From Salpingoeca rosetta (lineage: Eukaryota > Protista > Choanoflagellata), in the NCBI GenBank assembly GCA_033442325.1, contig JAWQFM010000022.1:861892-925891 (forward strand): 64,000 nucleotides of DNA, in the 5' to 3' direction. Below are positions 1-22,925 of the stretch, one piece after another. Each line of letters begins with the position of its first letter. Position 1 is the stretch's first letter. Made by a program: the position numbers and the translations under genes. The notes under the pieces are model-generated. The model did no database searches and was not told the origin of the DNA. It saw nothing but the letters and a program-made list of their open reading frames with translations.

Positions 1-102
1 GTGATGGTGGTGATGGTGGTAAAGTGGATGGTTCGTTCGTTTGTCCTTCTTCAACGTGGCGGCCACAACACGACACACCTACTCATGTCAATCGTATGTG
101 CA

Positions 103-163
<61 letters not shown>

Positions 164-165
164 AG

Positions 166-534
166 GTTGCGCTGTCGAAGCGGTCGCCGTATCTTGCGTC
201 TGCACATCGCGTGAGCGGCTTGATGCTCGCCAACCACACCAGCATCCAGCACATCTTCAAGCGCACCTGCGCAGACTACGACAAGCTCATGAAGCGGCAG
301 GTGGGGTTGCTGTGTGCGTGTGTGTTGGGTGAGAATGTTGTGCTTCTCCACTTGTTGCCACAGGCAGAGAATGCCTTTGCTGTTCCTCTGTCCAGTTCTC
401 ACCAGCCCCTGTTCTGCACCATCACCATCATCACTGTCACTACCACTTTGATGCGATCCCCAGGCCTTCCTGGAGCAATTCCGCAAAGAAAACGTCACAC
501 AAAACCTCGACGAGTTTGAAGACTCCAGGTCAGA

Positions 535-632
<98 letters not shown>

Positions 633-1042
633 TCTGTCTCTGTCTCTTTCAAAGCCTGCCATTTCCTTCATTGCGTGCTCTCACTCAACCTCGCATGGTG
701 TTCATGGTTGCCTGCAGGCAAAGCGCGGAGGATTTGATCCACGAGTATCGCGCTGCGGAGCGCCCAGACTACATTGAGGTAACTCTTTACTTGGCGTTGC
801 TGTTGGTGGTGGTATTGCCAGTGCCCGCCAGTGTGAGAGAAGTGTTTGATTCGTGAATCAAGGGTTGTTTAATATGTCATTGCAACAATAGGGGGGCGGT
901 CGCTGTGCCGGCACACACCGCATTATCACCACTTCATTCTTGCTCGCCAACACATACACTCATGCACACGCATACGCTCACGCGTACCGCTCCCACCCTC
1001 TCCTTTTCTGTCTCGCACCAGCGCGTGTCCCAGGAATCATAG
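166..1042 (+). CDS. TUBG1: Gamma-tubulin, 3' exons only (166-300, 464-528, 718-778, probable last exon 1022-1042); gene begins upstream of the window
   Basis: Spliced translation [93 protein letters not shown] matches the gamma-tubulin-specific C-terminus (HRVSGLMMANHTSI...AFLEQFRKE). GT-AG junctions are in phase. Confidence 0.93.
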
Positions 1043-1235
1043 TCACACACGTGCAATTACACAGGAAACGCCAACCAACCAACCATCCATCCATCCAAAC
1101 ATCTCTTTGTGTAACAAGTGTTGCTGTCAATCCACTTCTGCTCATCCCCAAGATGTTCGTTTGTTGAGTGTGGAGGAGAGGAGCGTTGATGAAGAGGAGA
1201 AGCGTGACGAGAGGATTGGAGGGCCGCTATCCTTT

Positions 1236-2597
1236 CTACACGAGCCGCGCTGCCAGGTCGTACACGTGGCCAGGCCCGCCCGAGGATGGATACCTGCAGT
1301 GGTGGAAGTGATAGTTGGGGGGGGGGGGGATGGCGTGTGTGTCAGTAAGGGAGTGAGTGAGTGAGAGTTGACTGCAGAGCAAGTGTGTGTCTTATTGAGT
1401 CTTTGAACACGTGTGTGTGTGGGGGGGGGCATGTGCTGTTGCTGCTAATGTTGTTGCCGTTGTTGATATGTTGTGCCTTCGCATGCATGCACGCACGCAC
1501 GCCCTCCGTGCGTCTTCTGTTTGCTTTTCAACCCTTAAATGATACAGAAAGCATGTGCACAGCCAAGAGCGAAACACACACACACACACACGCACATATA
1601 TATCGACTCACTTGACAAATAGGAGGAGCTGGACGAGGCCGAGGAGTGCGCCGACGGCATTGGGGCCCTGGTGGCAGTGCACATCGCCTCAGTCAGCACA
1701 CACGCACGCACACATGCACGCACACTGCAGATAGGAAGTACGTGACACACATACACAGACAGACAGGCAGACAGACACACGTACACAGGCAGACAGGCAG
1801 ACAGACAGACACACACGTACACAGGCAGACAGACAGACAGACACACACAAACCCCCCGACCTGGACGAAGATGTCGTTGATGACGTAGCCGTACAGGGCC
1901 CAGGTGACGCTGACGATGAAGTTCATGAGGCACAGGCTGAACACCATCGACTCTGTGGACTTGGTCCGCAACACCCGGCCCTGGCCGTGATGGCGGCGGT
2001 GGTGGCGGCGGTTGAAGGGAAGAGGTGAGGTGAGGTGAGGTGAGGTTGGCAGGGAAAGGCGCGAGCAAAGTCACACGGACACACGGACACACAGAGAGTA
2101 TGAAATGAGCAACTGACCAGGGTTGCAAGCGGAGACCCGAACATGATGGTGGACGTGATGCAGCCGCAGTACCCGATGGCATGCACGGCCTTCAGCATGG
2201 ATGTGATGAAGGGACGGGGAACAAAGTGCACCACCAAGTGAGTATACGCACACACAATGTACACACACTACATACGCACGCACGCACACACGCACACACA
2301 CACACACACTACACACGCACGCACACACAATACACACAATACACGCAGAAGTTCGCCATCTCTCACATGCATGTATGTTGGCGCCAGGTACTTCACGTAG
2401 AGGAGGGGCCCGAACATGGCGCTTATAGTGATGAGCAGCGGGTAGTAGAACGCCCTCTGTGCACGGAGAACGGGAAAAATGGATACGGTATGAAGGAGTG
2501 CATCAGCAGGGGGGGGGGAACGATTTGTGGTGCACAATTGGACAACTCAACAGTTCAAAATGGCGGGGGCGGGGATACACAAGTTGCCAACACAGAC

Positions 2598-2628
<31 letters not shown>

Positions 2629-3358
2629 CACAGACAGACAGACACAGACACAGACACACACACACACACACACAACCCGCCAGCCAGCCAGCCAGACAGA
2701 CAGACGGACACACATACACACAAAGGCGTGAGGTGTCGATGCACTCACTTCGTCTTTGCTGTACGAGTAGCAGATGACAACGTAATAAAAGTTGAGCAAG
2801 AATCCTATGCCGTTAACGGAGATGAGCGTGTAGTCCTGGGTCAAGATGCCGTACTTGAGCCACAAGCACGTGCTGCGGGTATTGCGATCGAAGGTGAGAA
2901 TGTGCAAGCAGGCAGGTAAGCGAGCAACCTAGCAAGAGAAACCAAGCAAGCAAGAGAAACCAAGCAGGCAACCAAGACATGTTGTGGTGAAGAGAGCATC
3001 AGAGATCATCAGTTTCAGAGTCATGTGCATGCACCTGATCATGGCCGCAAGGTATGGGGTGTACGACACATTTGCGGAGCTTCGCGCCTTCTTGATCCGC
3101 CGTGTCACAGGGCTGGCAACAGCGGGATGTCATCAAATGAAGGCAGAGGGGCGCGAGAAGTGCGGGATTCCGTCAGTCAACAAGCAGAGCCAAGATCAGC
3201 AACACAAGGAAAGAAGACACACAACAGATCCTGGCAAAGGAGTGAAAAAAGAGCACATACAGGCGCGCACACATACTCACACACACACACGCAAACACAC
3301 ACGCACACAAAAGCATACGCAAACACACACTTACACACTCAAAAACACACACGCGCGA

Positions 3359-3392
<34 letters not shown>

Positions 3393-3468
3393 ACACGTAC
3401 ATGCCCGTTAGGAAGAGGCCTATCGTGGACACGATGGCTGTGTAGGAGAGCGCCGTCAAAACCTGCAT
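1236..3468 (-). CDS. SWEET / MtN3-saliva family sugar transporter (SLC50A1/SWEET1-like), ~8 exons
   Basis: Exons give [144 protein letters not shown] and [18 protein letters not shown]. These form two MtN3 repeats with the WLxYG, SPL, KSTESM and PN motifs. Confidence 0.92.
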
Positions 3469-3694
3469 CGTCGGCGTTGTATGCCGTTGCTCTTCACTTT
3501 CCCCCGTCTGGCTTCCTCGCGACCGACCACAGCACACCTCAGTCAGCACGTCACTCACAGCAGTTCTGTCACTGCGATTGTTGGCGATTAGTGGATATCA
3601 TTCATCTGTTTTCGGCAAAGACAGGCAAGTTGGCAGAGCAGCAGATCGCCGCACTCCACCTCAGCACAGCACGCAGACGCAGTTGTCACTTCAC

Positions 3695-3820
<126 letters not shown>

Positions 3821-3849
3821 CCACCACCCCCGCGCAATTGCGGACCGCG

Positions 3850-6309
3850 ATGGCGACGCAGGAAGAGTTGCCTGGGATTGACTCGCGTGGCGTGTCGGCT
3901 GCGTTCTTGAAGCGGTTCTTGAACGGGCTAAAAGCACAGCAAGGCGCCAGCAAGTTTGCAGAGCTGACAACGCGGGATGCGCGCGACTTGGTTGTGTTGC
4001 CGCGAACCAAGGCGCGGCAGTGTGCGTACGTGGAACTCGTGGCTGACGAGTCTCCGAGCGACGTGGGGCCCGCCAACATCTTCGTCTCGCATGCTTGGCG
4101 ATACAAGATTGCGGACGTGCTTGGTGCCCTCATCCAATACGCAGAGGATCGCCCCGATGAGCAGTTTTTCTTCTGGTTTGACCTCTTCTTCAACAACCAG
4201 AACATCCTGGCCAACCTCCCTCAGGAGTGGTATGTGTGTGTGTGTATGTTCTGTGCGTGTGGCCGTGGCTGTGTTGGTTGTGTGTTGGTATTTTTGCTGG
4301 GATTGTGTGCGTGTATGTATGTGCTTTTGCATGCGTGTGAATGCGTGTGAATGCGTGCTTCGCTTGATCAAACCCAGCGCAACAAGAACAACCTCACAAC
4401 ACACCACACCACACCACACCACACCACACCACAACACCACAGGTGGAGTACGACGTTCAAGGATTCCATTGCGGCGATTGGGCACGTGGTGCTGGTGCTG
4501 ACACCGTGGAGCGACCCGATCCCACTGACGAGAGCCTGGTGCCTGTGGGAGATTTTCTGCTCGCTGAGCCAGGAGGATGTGCAGCTGACCATCCTCCTGC
4601 CACACGAGGAGCGCAAGGCGCTGGTGGCCACCATCCTTGAGGACAGCGACGCCGTCACCGACACAATGGTGCGGGTGCAGGCAGAGAAGGCCGAGGCGTG
4701 GAGCGCCGCAGACAAGGAGATGATCTTCAAGGCAATTGAGGACAACGTCGGCTTCCAAACCCTCAACGAGAAGGTGAAGGACCAGATGCGCGCGTGGTGT
4801 CTGGATACGCTCGTGCAGCACATTGACGACGCATATGCGCAGCTGGAATCGCGCCCGTGGATTGGCGCAGCGACATCGACAGCAGCCGAGCCGCCAGTCA
4901 TTCGGGGCCAGACAGCCAAGGAGGAGGCAGACACGTTTGCAGCGCTGTGCTTCCAAGCCGGCACGACACTGCAGAAATTCGGGCGCGCTGATGATGCAAT
5001 TCGCCTGCTGACCATGGCCTTCAAACTGGAGACTGCGACGGGCCACCCCAACGCAGCAGGCTCGCTGCACCAGCTGGCAATGGTGTACGGCGACACGGGC
5101 GAGTACCAGACTGCGGTGAGCATGTACACGTGCTCGCTCAAGATGAAGGAGCAGCAGTTTGGCCCCGACTCTGAGCACCTGGCGTCCTCGCACAACAACC
5201 TGGGAGACCTGTACCGTCGGCTGGGCGACCACGACCAGGCCATCATGCACAACACGCGCGCGGTGGAGATTATGAAGGCGGCGCGTGGGGAGCAGCACGA
5301 AAGCTTGGCCCAGCCCTTGTTCAACCTCGGCATCGTGCACCAGTTTGTTGGCAACTACACGCTGGCGCGCAAGAACTTTGAGGAGACGGTGGGCGTCATG
5401 CTTGAGACGCGTGGCGAGCACCACCCCTTGACGGCCTTCTCCTACGACGGGCTCGGCTGCAGCCTGCGGCGACTGGGCGAATACGAGGCTTCGCGCACCG
5501 CGCACGAGAAGGCCATATCCGTGCTGCTGGTAACGCTTGGCAGGGAGCACAAGCGCACGGCGGAGGCGTACACGAACCTTGGCAACGTGTGCCAGGCCAT
5601 GGGAGACAAGGAGGCGGCAATGCAGCACATGGCGACGGCGGTGGAGATTAGCAGCTCGGTGCTTGGCCGGGACAACACCACCACGGGCGTGTGCGTTGTG
5701 AACCTCGCGGGCGCGCACGAGGCGCTTGGCGAGGCAGACAAGGCGGCAGAGTTGTACCGTGAGGCGCTGGCTGTCTTTGAGAAGCACCTCGGCCCGCGCC
5801 ACGAACACACGGCCTCCGTGCACCGCAACCTCGGCGACCTGTACGCGCAGGCGCGGGAGAACGACAAGGCGCTGCAGCACTACAACACGGCGCTCGACAT
5901 TGCGCTGGGTTCGGTTGGGGAGGAACACCCAACCACGGCGCTGACGTTGTACAACATGGGCTCGCTACATGACGTCATGGGCCAAAAGCGCCAGGCGGTT
6001 GGGATGATGGAGCGCGCGCTGGCGGGGATGATGGCATCCGCTGGGCCCAATCATCCGCACACGCAGCACATCCAAGCAAAGCTGGCCGAGGCACGTGAGG
6101 GGTTGGAGCAGCAGCAGGAGCAGCAGCAGGAGAGCGAAGGTGAAGGTGAAGGTAGTGGTGATGGTGGAAGGGCATGTGGGGAGGGGGACAAGGGGGAGGA
6201 GAGCGTTGGTGACGATGGCGATAATGCTGATGCAAACGCTGATGATGATGATGATGGGAGCGTCGAGGAGGTTGCGCGAGCACTCGGCCAATATGCCCTC
6301 ATTCTTTGA
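3850..6309 (+). CDS. HET/TIR-like N-terminal domain + ~8 kinesin-light-chain-type TPR repeats + acidic tail; exons 3850-4229 and 4443-6309
   Basis: N-terminal motifs IFVSHAW, FWFDLFFNNQ, VVLVLTPW and LTRAWCLWEI. Then 42-aa periodic TPRs (HxxxAxxxxNLGxxYxxxGxxxxA). Single phase-2 GT-AG intron. Confidence 0.85.
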
Positions 6310-6433
6310 GTGTGAGATGCATGCATGTGTGAGAGAGAGAGGGAGAGAGAGAGTGTGTGTGTGTGTGAGAGAGAGAGAGAGTGTGTGTGTGTGTGAGAGA
6401 GAGAAAGAGTGTGTGTGTGTGTGCGTGTGAGTA

Positions 6434-6473
<40 letters not shown>

Positions 6474-6847
6474 CGAGCGAGTGAGTGAGTGTGTGTGTGT
6501 GCGTGCGTGTGAACTTCTTCCTCCGATAGCAAAGTCGTGTGACTTGTGTCGCGATTTTTGATGAGCTTTGTTTAGTGGAGGCGTCATATGCTTTTGTTGA
6601 TCGAGTTGCACACAAACCAATCCAAAACCAAAAACAGAAAGAAGCACACGCCAAGGGGACTTCATACCCGGACACGCATGCATGTACATAAGCAAGGCTG
6701 TCGAGACATAGAACAAACAAACAAACAAACAAACATACACACAATGAACCGAAAACAAAGGAAACGAAACACGTCCAACACGAGAGGGAAACGAGATTAA
6801 CCACCAACAAGCACAAACGGCAAGCGGGAGCGAGTGTGTTGGGCGTG

Positions 6848-11026
<4,179 letters not shown>

Positions 11027-11822
11027 GATGTCAGGCAAAGTCTGTGTTGTTGTTGTTGTGGTGGTGGTGGTGGTGGGTTCAATGCGATCACACAAATGCG
11101 CTGCGTGTGGATATGCGTCTGCGGATGTTCGTGTGTTGTTGCTTGGGGAGTGGCGCTTTTCCGTGGTGGTGGCTGGCTTGTTGTTGTGTTGTTGTTGTTG
11201 TCAAGTGTTCCCAACTTGGAATATTATCAATATCTTGTACTAACATTCCACATCATGACAATTTGCAAAACGCCGCCCTCTCGCAAAGCGCAACACATCG
11301 CTTGGTCCGAGAGCAGGTCGCTCACCGTCTGAGCTTCACTGGCAGCGGAATTGCGAGAATTGCTACATGACATGACAATGGGTTGGCGTGCTGCTTCCCC
11401 AGTAAACCCCCTCCCACCGTCTCTCTCACATGCCTTTCGTCTTCAACGGTGCTTGTGCTTCGTGTGGTGGTAGAGGTCGCGTTTATTGGGTGTGTGTATT
11501 TCACGTAATATAATGTCGTATCGTGTCGAGTGCGTGTGTGTGTGTGTGTGTGTGTGTGCATGCGCACAGCGTGTTGTAGAGCACGGGCGATATGCTTGCG
11601 TGAGTGGAGTGTTGGGGTTATCATGCCCACCATCTCGAGTGTAAAGTCAAGAACAACGAGGGAAAGCAAGAGCGCTTATCTCTATCCTGTGTACAAAAAA
11701 AGGAAAACCGTCAAATACAGAAAAAGCAAAGAACCAAAGGTGCAGAAGGGCTGGGGAACAATCACTGAAGCTGAGCGCACACCTCCCCGTCATAACAAGT
11801 GTATTCTGGGTGGCGGTGTTGT

Positions 11823-12732
11823 TTATGTTTCCACGGGTGCAAGTGCCTCCAACTGGGTGAGGTAGCGTGACCACAGTCGGGGATGGTTGGTTCCATCCTG
11901 CATGTATCGATACCTTGACAACCTGAGAGAGAGAGAGAGAGAGAAAGTGTGTGTGTGTGCGTGTGTGCGTGTGAGTAAGAGCAAGTGTAAGTGTACATGC
12001 GTGCGTGCGTGGGTATATGCGTGTGTGTCTGTGTGTGTGCGTGCGTGGATATATGCGTGTGTGTCTGTGTGTGTGCGTGTACACGGCCGAGCAGACAATG
12101 GACGCGGGACATGGTGAACAACCAGACAACCACAAACGCATATCACACGCATGCGCGTAACAGAGCGCACAACAGCACGAGCCCTGCGCTTACTTCTGCA
12201 GCTTCTGTGCATTTGTGCAGGCCTGGCAGGTGCGTGTGGGCGATTTGAGGCCGCACACAATGCAGAGGGTGGAGCGCAGCTCGACGCGCTCCTGGTGCAG
12301 CTTGAGCAGCGTGGCCACCGTCGACGCAGGCTGGTGGCAGCGGAACAGGACGACGGACAGCGATGGTGGGGAGGAGGATGATGAGCAATGGAAAGGGGGG
12401 GGGGAGGGGTTGGAAAGCAGAGTGAGGGAAGAACAGAAGTAAACGATTAACGTGTCTTGGGCAGTTCACAAACCAGGACAACGACGACGGACAGCCAATC
12501 AGGCAACACAGCGAGCAATGCTCACCTTGAGCTTCTTTGTGGTGATGAGCTGCGAAACGCGCTCCTTCTGCGCTGCAGCATCAAGATACCCCGGATCGCG
12601 GCTGCCGGCGTGCGTCTGTATTGGAGTGCATGTTCATGTCATGTATGGTGTGGGAAAGGGGAGGAGGGGGTTTGAGATGGCGCCGGGCAAGTACATAGCT
12701 CAACCAACAATGGCACAAATCTGCACAAGTGC

Positions 12733-12826
<94 letters not shown>

Positions 12827-12994
12827 ATGCGAATGGCGGCGACGGTGTGCCAGGTGCGGCGTGCAGCCTGCAGCTGGCCGAGCATCTCCTCAATCTGCGC
12901 CTGCACTGGCAGTGGGCCCCCGCCCTCCGCAAGCGCTCGGTTGTTCGGCCCAAGACTCGATGTCAGCACAGCCGCAGACCTGCCAGTTGGTGTG

Positions 12995-13026
<32 letters not shown>

Positions 13027-13947
13027 TGTGTGTGTTGATGGAATAGGCAGAGGATGAGGGATGCAAAGCGTAAAGGGGTACAAGCAACATCACACAAACG
13101 CACATGCACGTACATCACATGTCATGCGACAAACAGATGAATCGTTTGTCACAAACGCAGTGGGTGTTGATAGACCTACACATACGCACACACACACACA
13201 CACACATTCTCAGATACACACGAGATACGCACGGCATCATTCTCACCGTTCAAGGAGGTTGAGAGCACGCCTGAGTTTCTTCTGCGACCCCTCGAGTGCG
13301 TAGCAGCTGGCCAGGGTCGTCAGTGCAAACCCAACGCGCGGGTGCTTCCGTCCAAACACCTGTTTCATTGTTGTGATGAATGATACAAATTATGACATTG
13401 GCAGCAGACTCAGTGGTGGCGATGATGCAACGGGCGGGCCTCTGCGCGAAGGCCAGTGAACAAAGGCGTGTGCTCACATCGACAAGAACAGCATGACACG
13501 CTAGACTCTGTCTAGTGGTTGCAAGCATATCGAACCTTCGTGAACGTTGTGAGCGCCTGTTGGATGAGGGGTCCTGCTTCCCCCGCCTGCTTCTGCTGTA
13601 ACAGATGCCGCCCTGTCGTGCACACGTCAGCGTGTGTGAGCGGGTGAGTATCGGTGCATTGTACTTGTCGCGAGCATGAGCACCAATGAGTGCAACAGTT
13701 TAACAATGGCAAGTCGTCGCGAGGAGAGTCACGTGTGCACAGGGTGTGTGTGTGTGTGTGCGCGTGCGTGTGCGTGCGTGCGTGTTGTCCTCACCGAGGC
13801 TGTACATGGTGGTGGCGTGGGTGAGGTCGCGCTCAATCTCCGACTGCTTGGTGGGATCACTGTATGGGGAGCACACGAGGGGTGAGATGGCGGTTAGCAC
13901 GGGGACGTGGAGGCCATGGAGAGAGAAGAGAGAAGCAAAGTATCGCG

Positions 13948-13987
<40 letters not shown>

Positions 13988-14910
13988 AACAAACAAACAA
14001 ACAAACAAACGCACACACAAACAAACAAACAAACAACACAAGCAAACACACACACACAAACAAACAAAGCAAACAAAGCAAAAACAAACAAACAAACAAA
14101 CAACACAAGCACACACACACACACACACACAAACAAACAAACAAACAAAGCAAACAAGCATCGACTGACGCTGAGGAGGGGAGCGGCACGCGTTCGCAGT
14201 ACTCGGCCTCGAGCCGTGACAGGCCAGAGCCTTGGGCGACTTGCGACACAAACCCAAGGGACGTCAGCACGTGTGATGCTTCCTGCTCGTGTGACAAAAG
14301 CAACAGCAAGACAGTGGCGTAAGGACATGCAGAACCGCGAGTGAGTCGCAGACGCACAGATGACACACACACACACACACAAAAAAAAAAAAACAACAAA
14401 AAAACAAAAAAAAAAAAAAACACACACACACACACACGATCATGCACACACAGTACACAACCACAGACCCAGGCGTGTACCTTTGATGATTTGTCGACTT
14501 GTTTGAGGAGCACGGAGGCAGCTTGCTCCTGCACCTCCATCGCCTTCTTGTAGCGGCCTTTGATCGTCAGCGCCTGAAGGGATGGGAAAGAAGGGGGGGG
14601 GGGTTGATGAGGAAGTAGGCACCACCATCCCCACATGTCGACAAACACACGGGGCAAAAGGCAGCGCGAATACAGGCTGGCGAGCGAGCAAACAAACAAA
14701 AGGCTGGCGAACAAGTGCAAACCCGTCACACACCTCTGCCAGCTTGAGGAGGAATTCCTTCCATCGCGCCGTTGTGCACATGATGCGCGCATTCGTCAGT
14801 TGATAGTGCTCATATCCCTACAGCGTTGTGATGAGATGTGATATGTGATGTGTGTGTGTATGTGTGTGTGTGTGTGTGAGCGGGTGTGTGTGTGCGGGTG
14901 TGTTGTGAGC

Positions 14911-14952
<42 letters not shown>

Positions 14953-15738
14953 GTGTGTTGTGAGCGGGTGTGTTGTGAGCGTTGTGGTGTGGTGTGTGTA
15001 TGCATGCTTAGCGGAGTCCATGAATGACGTGCTCACCTGAAGACCATACGAGACACCGTCGTCCACCTTCCTCAGCGCCATCGAACACAGACTCAACTGC
15101 ACGTAGTGTTGCACGCGGTACAATGTGGTTGCGCACATGAGTGGCGAGAGAATTATGAGTGATGAGCAGAAAGCACCCCAACACATGCACACACACACAC
15201 ACACACAGGAACATGTATGATCACCCACGCAAGCAAATGACTCACGGAAACTCCCATGCAAGACACACACGCACAGACACACACACGCACGCACAGACAC
15301 ACACACACGCACAGACAGACACACACGCACAGACAGACAGACAGACACACACACGCACACACAGACAACACGCACACACAGACACACACACGCACACACA
15401 CACACACACACACACACCTCGACGAGGCAGTGCAGGATGGCGGCCTTGTCGGTGATGATGGCGGACTTGCGAATCTGCAGCGAGCGCTCCAGCGTCTGTA
15501 TGGCGTAGTGGTACTTCTCCAGCCGGATCTGAATGTCTGCAAGCGCCGTCAGCCCCAGCAGCACCTGCCCTTGCTTCCGCGTCAAATTCTCCGCCACCTT
15601 CACGGCACTAAGAACGAGTGCAGCAGCAGCAGCAGTTGTGGCAGGGGTGATGTTCGCAATGACGGTGAGAGAGGTTATGTGATGGTGGTTCAGGCAAAGG
15701 AGGCGATGATGGGCATGGCCCGACGAGATAAGTCTCTC

Positions 15739-15821
<83 letters not shown>

Positions 15822-16720
15822 ATAACACATTGAATGACCGCGAGAGGCCTGCACGTACATCTTGTAGAGGGTCTCTGCCTTTGTGAGGTTGCCAGCGCGC
15901 ACGGCCTCTGACGCTTGCCGACGCAAATTCCACACGTCCGTCTCTGTGGCCTTTCGCGCTGCCACGAGCAACATCGAACAAAGAAGGCAAGACAGGAGCA
16001 ATCATGCGCGTCAGCACACGCACCATCAATCACCATCAACATCATCAGCACCACTATCGACCCAACCAGCAGCTCAATACACACGCACACACACACACAC
16101 ACACACAGGCGAGACAGCAACGCCACGCTTGCATTCGTTTGAGCAAGCAAAACACATGAGCAATGCCGCCATCCCCTCGGCCACGATTGCCTGCGAGCTG
16201 CCTCTCTCTCACCTCCAACGATGAGCTTGGTGATGGTCGCAAAGTCAAGCTGGTCAATGTACTCTGGCATGGCCAGGGCGCGCTCTGCCGCTCCCTTCTG
16301 CACCTGCGTGCGCACCATCCCCCACCGGCGCTGTGCCGGAGACGCGCGGGTGCCTGCCACGCTCTGCGCGCGGACCGGTGTGGCACGCCCGGATATGGGG
16401 CGCTGCTTCATGGTGCGCTCTAACGCGGAGCGACACCTGCTGCGCTTGAGCACAGGCAGCTTCTTACGGCACGCAGCCTTCTGCGCGCGGTGGCGGAAGA
16501 ACAGCGCCTGAACAACCGGGATGAACTCCGCCAACGAGATGCCATCGCCGTCCTTGTCCGTGTTGTCGATGATCTGCGCAAGCTCGTCGGGCGGGAGGTT
16601 CAGCTTGAGTGAATCCGACTCAAGCACCGCCTTGAACTCGTCTGCATCCAAGGTGCCGTTGCCGTCTGCATCCGCTCGGCTGAACAGCACCTTGCACCTC
16701 TCCAAAAACTCTGTCGTCAT
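11823..16720 (-). CDS. Uncharacterised multi-exon protein: N-terminal EF-hand pair, TPR-like helical repeats, C-terminal CxxC-x8-CxxC motif; 5' end may extend upstream
   Basis: EF loops [12 protein letters not shown] and [14 protein letters not shown]-like exons [59 protein letters not shown] and [37 protein letters not shown] at about 12215-12265. Last exon KLSRYRYMQ...LAPVET*. A splice acceptor at ~16738 implies an upstream exon. Confidence 0.65.
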
Positions 16721-16744
16721 GGTTATGATCTGACGACCTGCTCA

Positions 16745-16786
<42 letters not shown>

Positions 16787-16799
16787 TGTGCGTGTGTGG

Positions 16800-16832
<33 letters not shown>

Positions 16833-18166
16833 AGTGTGTGTGTGTGTAGTGGAGTGTCGTCGCCTGTGAGCCGAATGGATGAAGGGCAGGCTGATGGCGC
16901 GAGTCCCTCGGTTGACTGTTTGGTTTGTTTGTGTGTGCGTCGTTGGTACGGTGAATGAAGACTGCCAACCCGAAAAAGCCAACCAACACAGCAGAGACAA
17001 GGTCAATGGGCGCATGTAAGACGAGATTGGGGCACGGCAAGGCGTGAGGTGTGTTGACACGAGCACAGAAACGCGCGCCAACCAACCACAACAAGCTCCA
17101 ACGGATTCCCTTGCTCCCTGTGCTCACTTGTTTTGCTTGCTCGGTGTCGACAAGCGCTACCAACCAACACAGCAACCAACCAACCGACCAGCAACGCACC
17201 GTATCCGTTCGTTGTTCTTGATGTGTGTGTTGATGTGTGTGCGTGTGTGTGTGGCCAGCTTCCTGGTTGCTGGCTTCCTCTTGTCTTTGTTATTGTTGGT
17301 CGCGGTTGTCGTGAAGGAATGCTTATGGGCAACGAGCAAAGTTGGGCACTCAACCACAGCCACAGCGCGCGTGCGATGGCGTTGTAGGTCCATGAACTTG
17401 TGACTTTTTCACATCATCACCCCCAAGCACAGGCCAAGCAAAGGCAACTCTCACATCACTCAACTCGTCCTCCATCGTCTCTCGTCCTCGCACGCACAAG
17501 CACGGCGGCATGCTGATGATGTAATGCCTTGGTTGCGAACTCGTCGCAAACAGGAGCGATTTCCGGACCAAACGTGATTGCCGAATGTTTGTGGTTGATT
17601 TTAGCAAAACATCCAACGGCGCTAGGTCTGTGCACTTCATGGTGTCTTTTGGTTGTTGTCCGTTTGTTGTTTTGTTGTGTGTTGTCCTTCTCTTGCTTGT
17701 GTGTGTTGTCCTTCTCTGTGTCACCCTTGTGCGTGCTGTCAGGCTGTCCTTCTCTACCTCACCCTTGTGTGTGTCAAATGCACAAGTGCCCTAGTTCAAC
17801 GGTTTATGCATGATCCTGGTGAGAAACAAGGAAGGAGAGAAGAAGAAAAATCAATACACAAACGTCACATACACTACAGCCGCCGAGAAGAGAAAGGAGG
17901 AAGGGAGGGAGCAAGCCCCAGACCAAGAAACGCCAAGAGTCAAAACAACACAAGCAACGTTAATGGATCCATGTAATGTAACAACTCGACACGGCCGACG
18001 GGTGGCAAAGAACAAACAAACGAAACAAACGAAACAAACAAAACAAACGAAACAAACGAAACGAACGAAACAAACGAAACGAAAGAAACGAACAAGACAA
18101 CAAGGCAGGCATCAGCCGCACATCTTCATCAGCGGACAGCCAACACCACAAACGACCTTGAAGAAA

Positions 18167-22578
<4,412 letters not shown>

Positions 22579-22925
22579 GATGGGCACACACAACTGTACT
22601 GGCCGCCTCTACCACGCACACACACACACACGCACACACGCGCGCGCACACACGGCTTCTCTGCCCGCGAGCTGTGCAGCTCCTGGTGCTCCTTGCCCCC
22701 TTGCCTCCTTGCTGGCGACCTGGTTGTTGACTTGTGATGTGTTGTTGTCCTCTTCTTGCCTCTAACCAGCCAGCGCCATCAAACAGCACACTCGCTCGCT
22801 CGTCCCGTCTCCGCTTGTTGGGGTCAGATTGCAGAATATTCGTTGAAGATGTACGTAATCCTCTACATCCGCGACACTGCCTCGGTTTCGCTACGCTACC
22901 AGCCAATTTTCCACAACCAGCAAGA

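Noticed and set aside
3928-5928. 666-aa minus-strand ORF opposite the TPR gene
   Set aside because: Antisense shadow of a GC3-rich coding sequence with no recognisable motifs.
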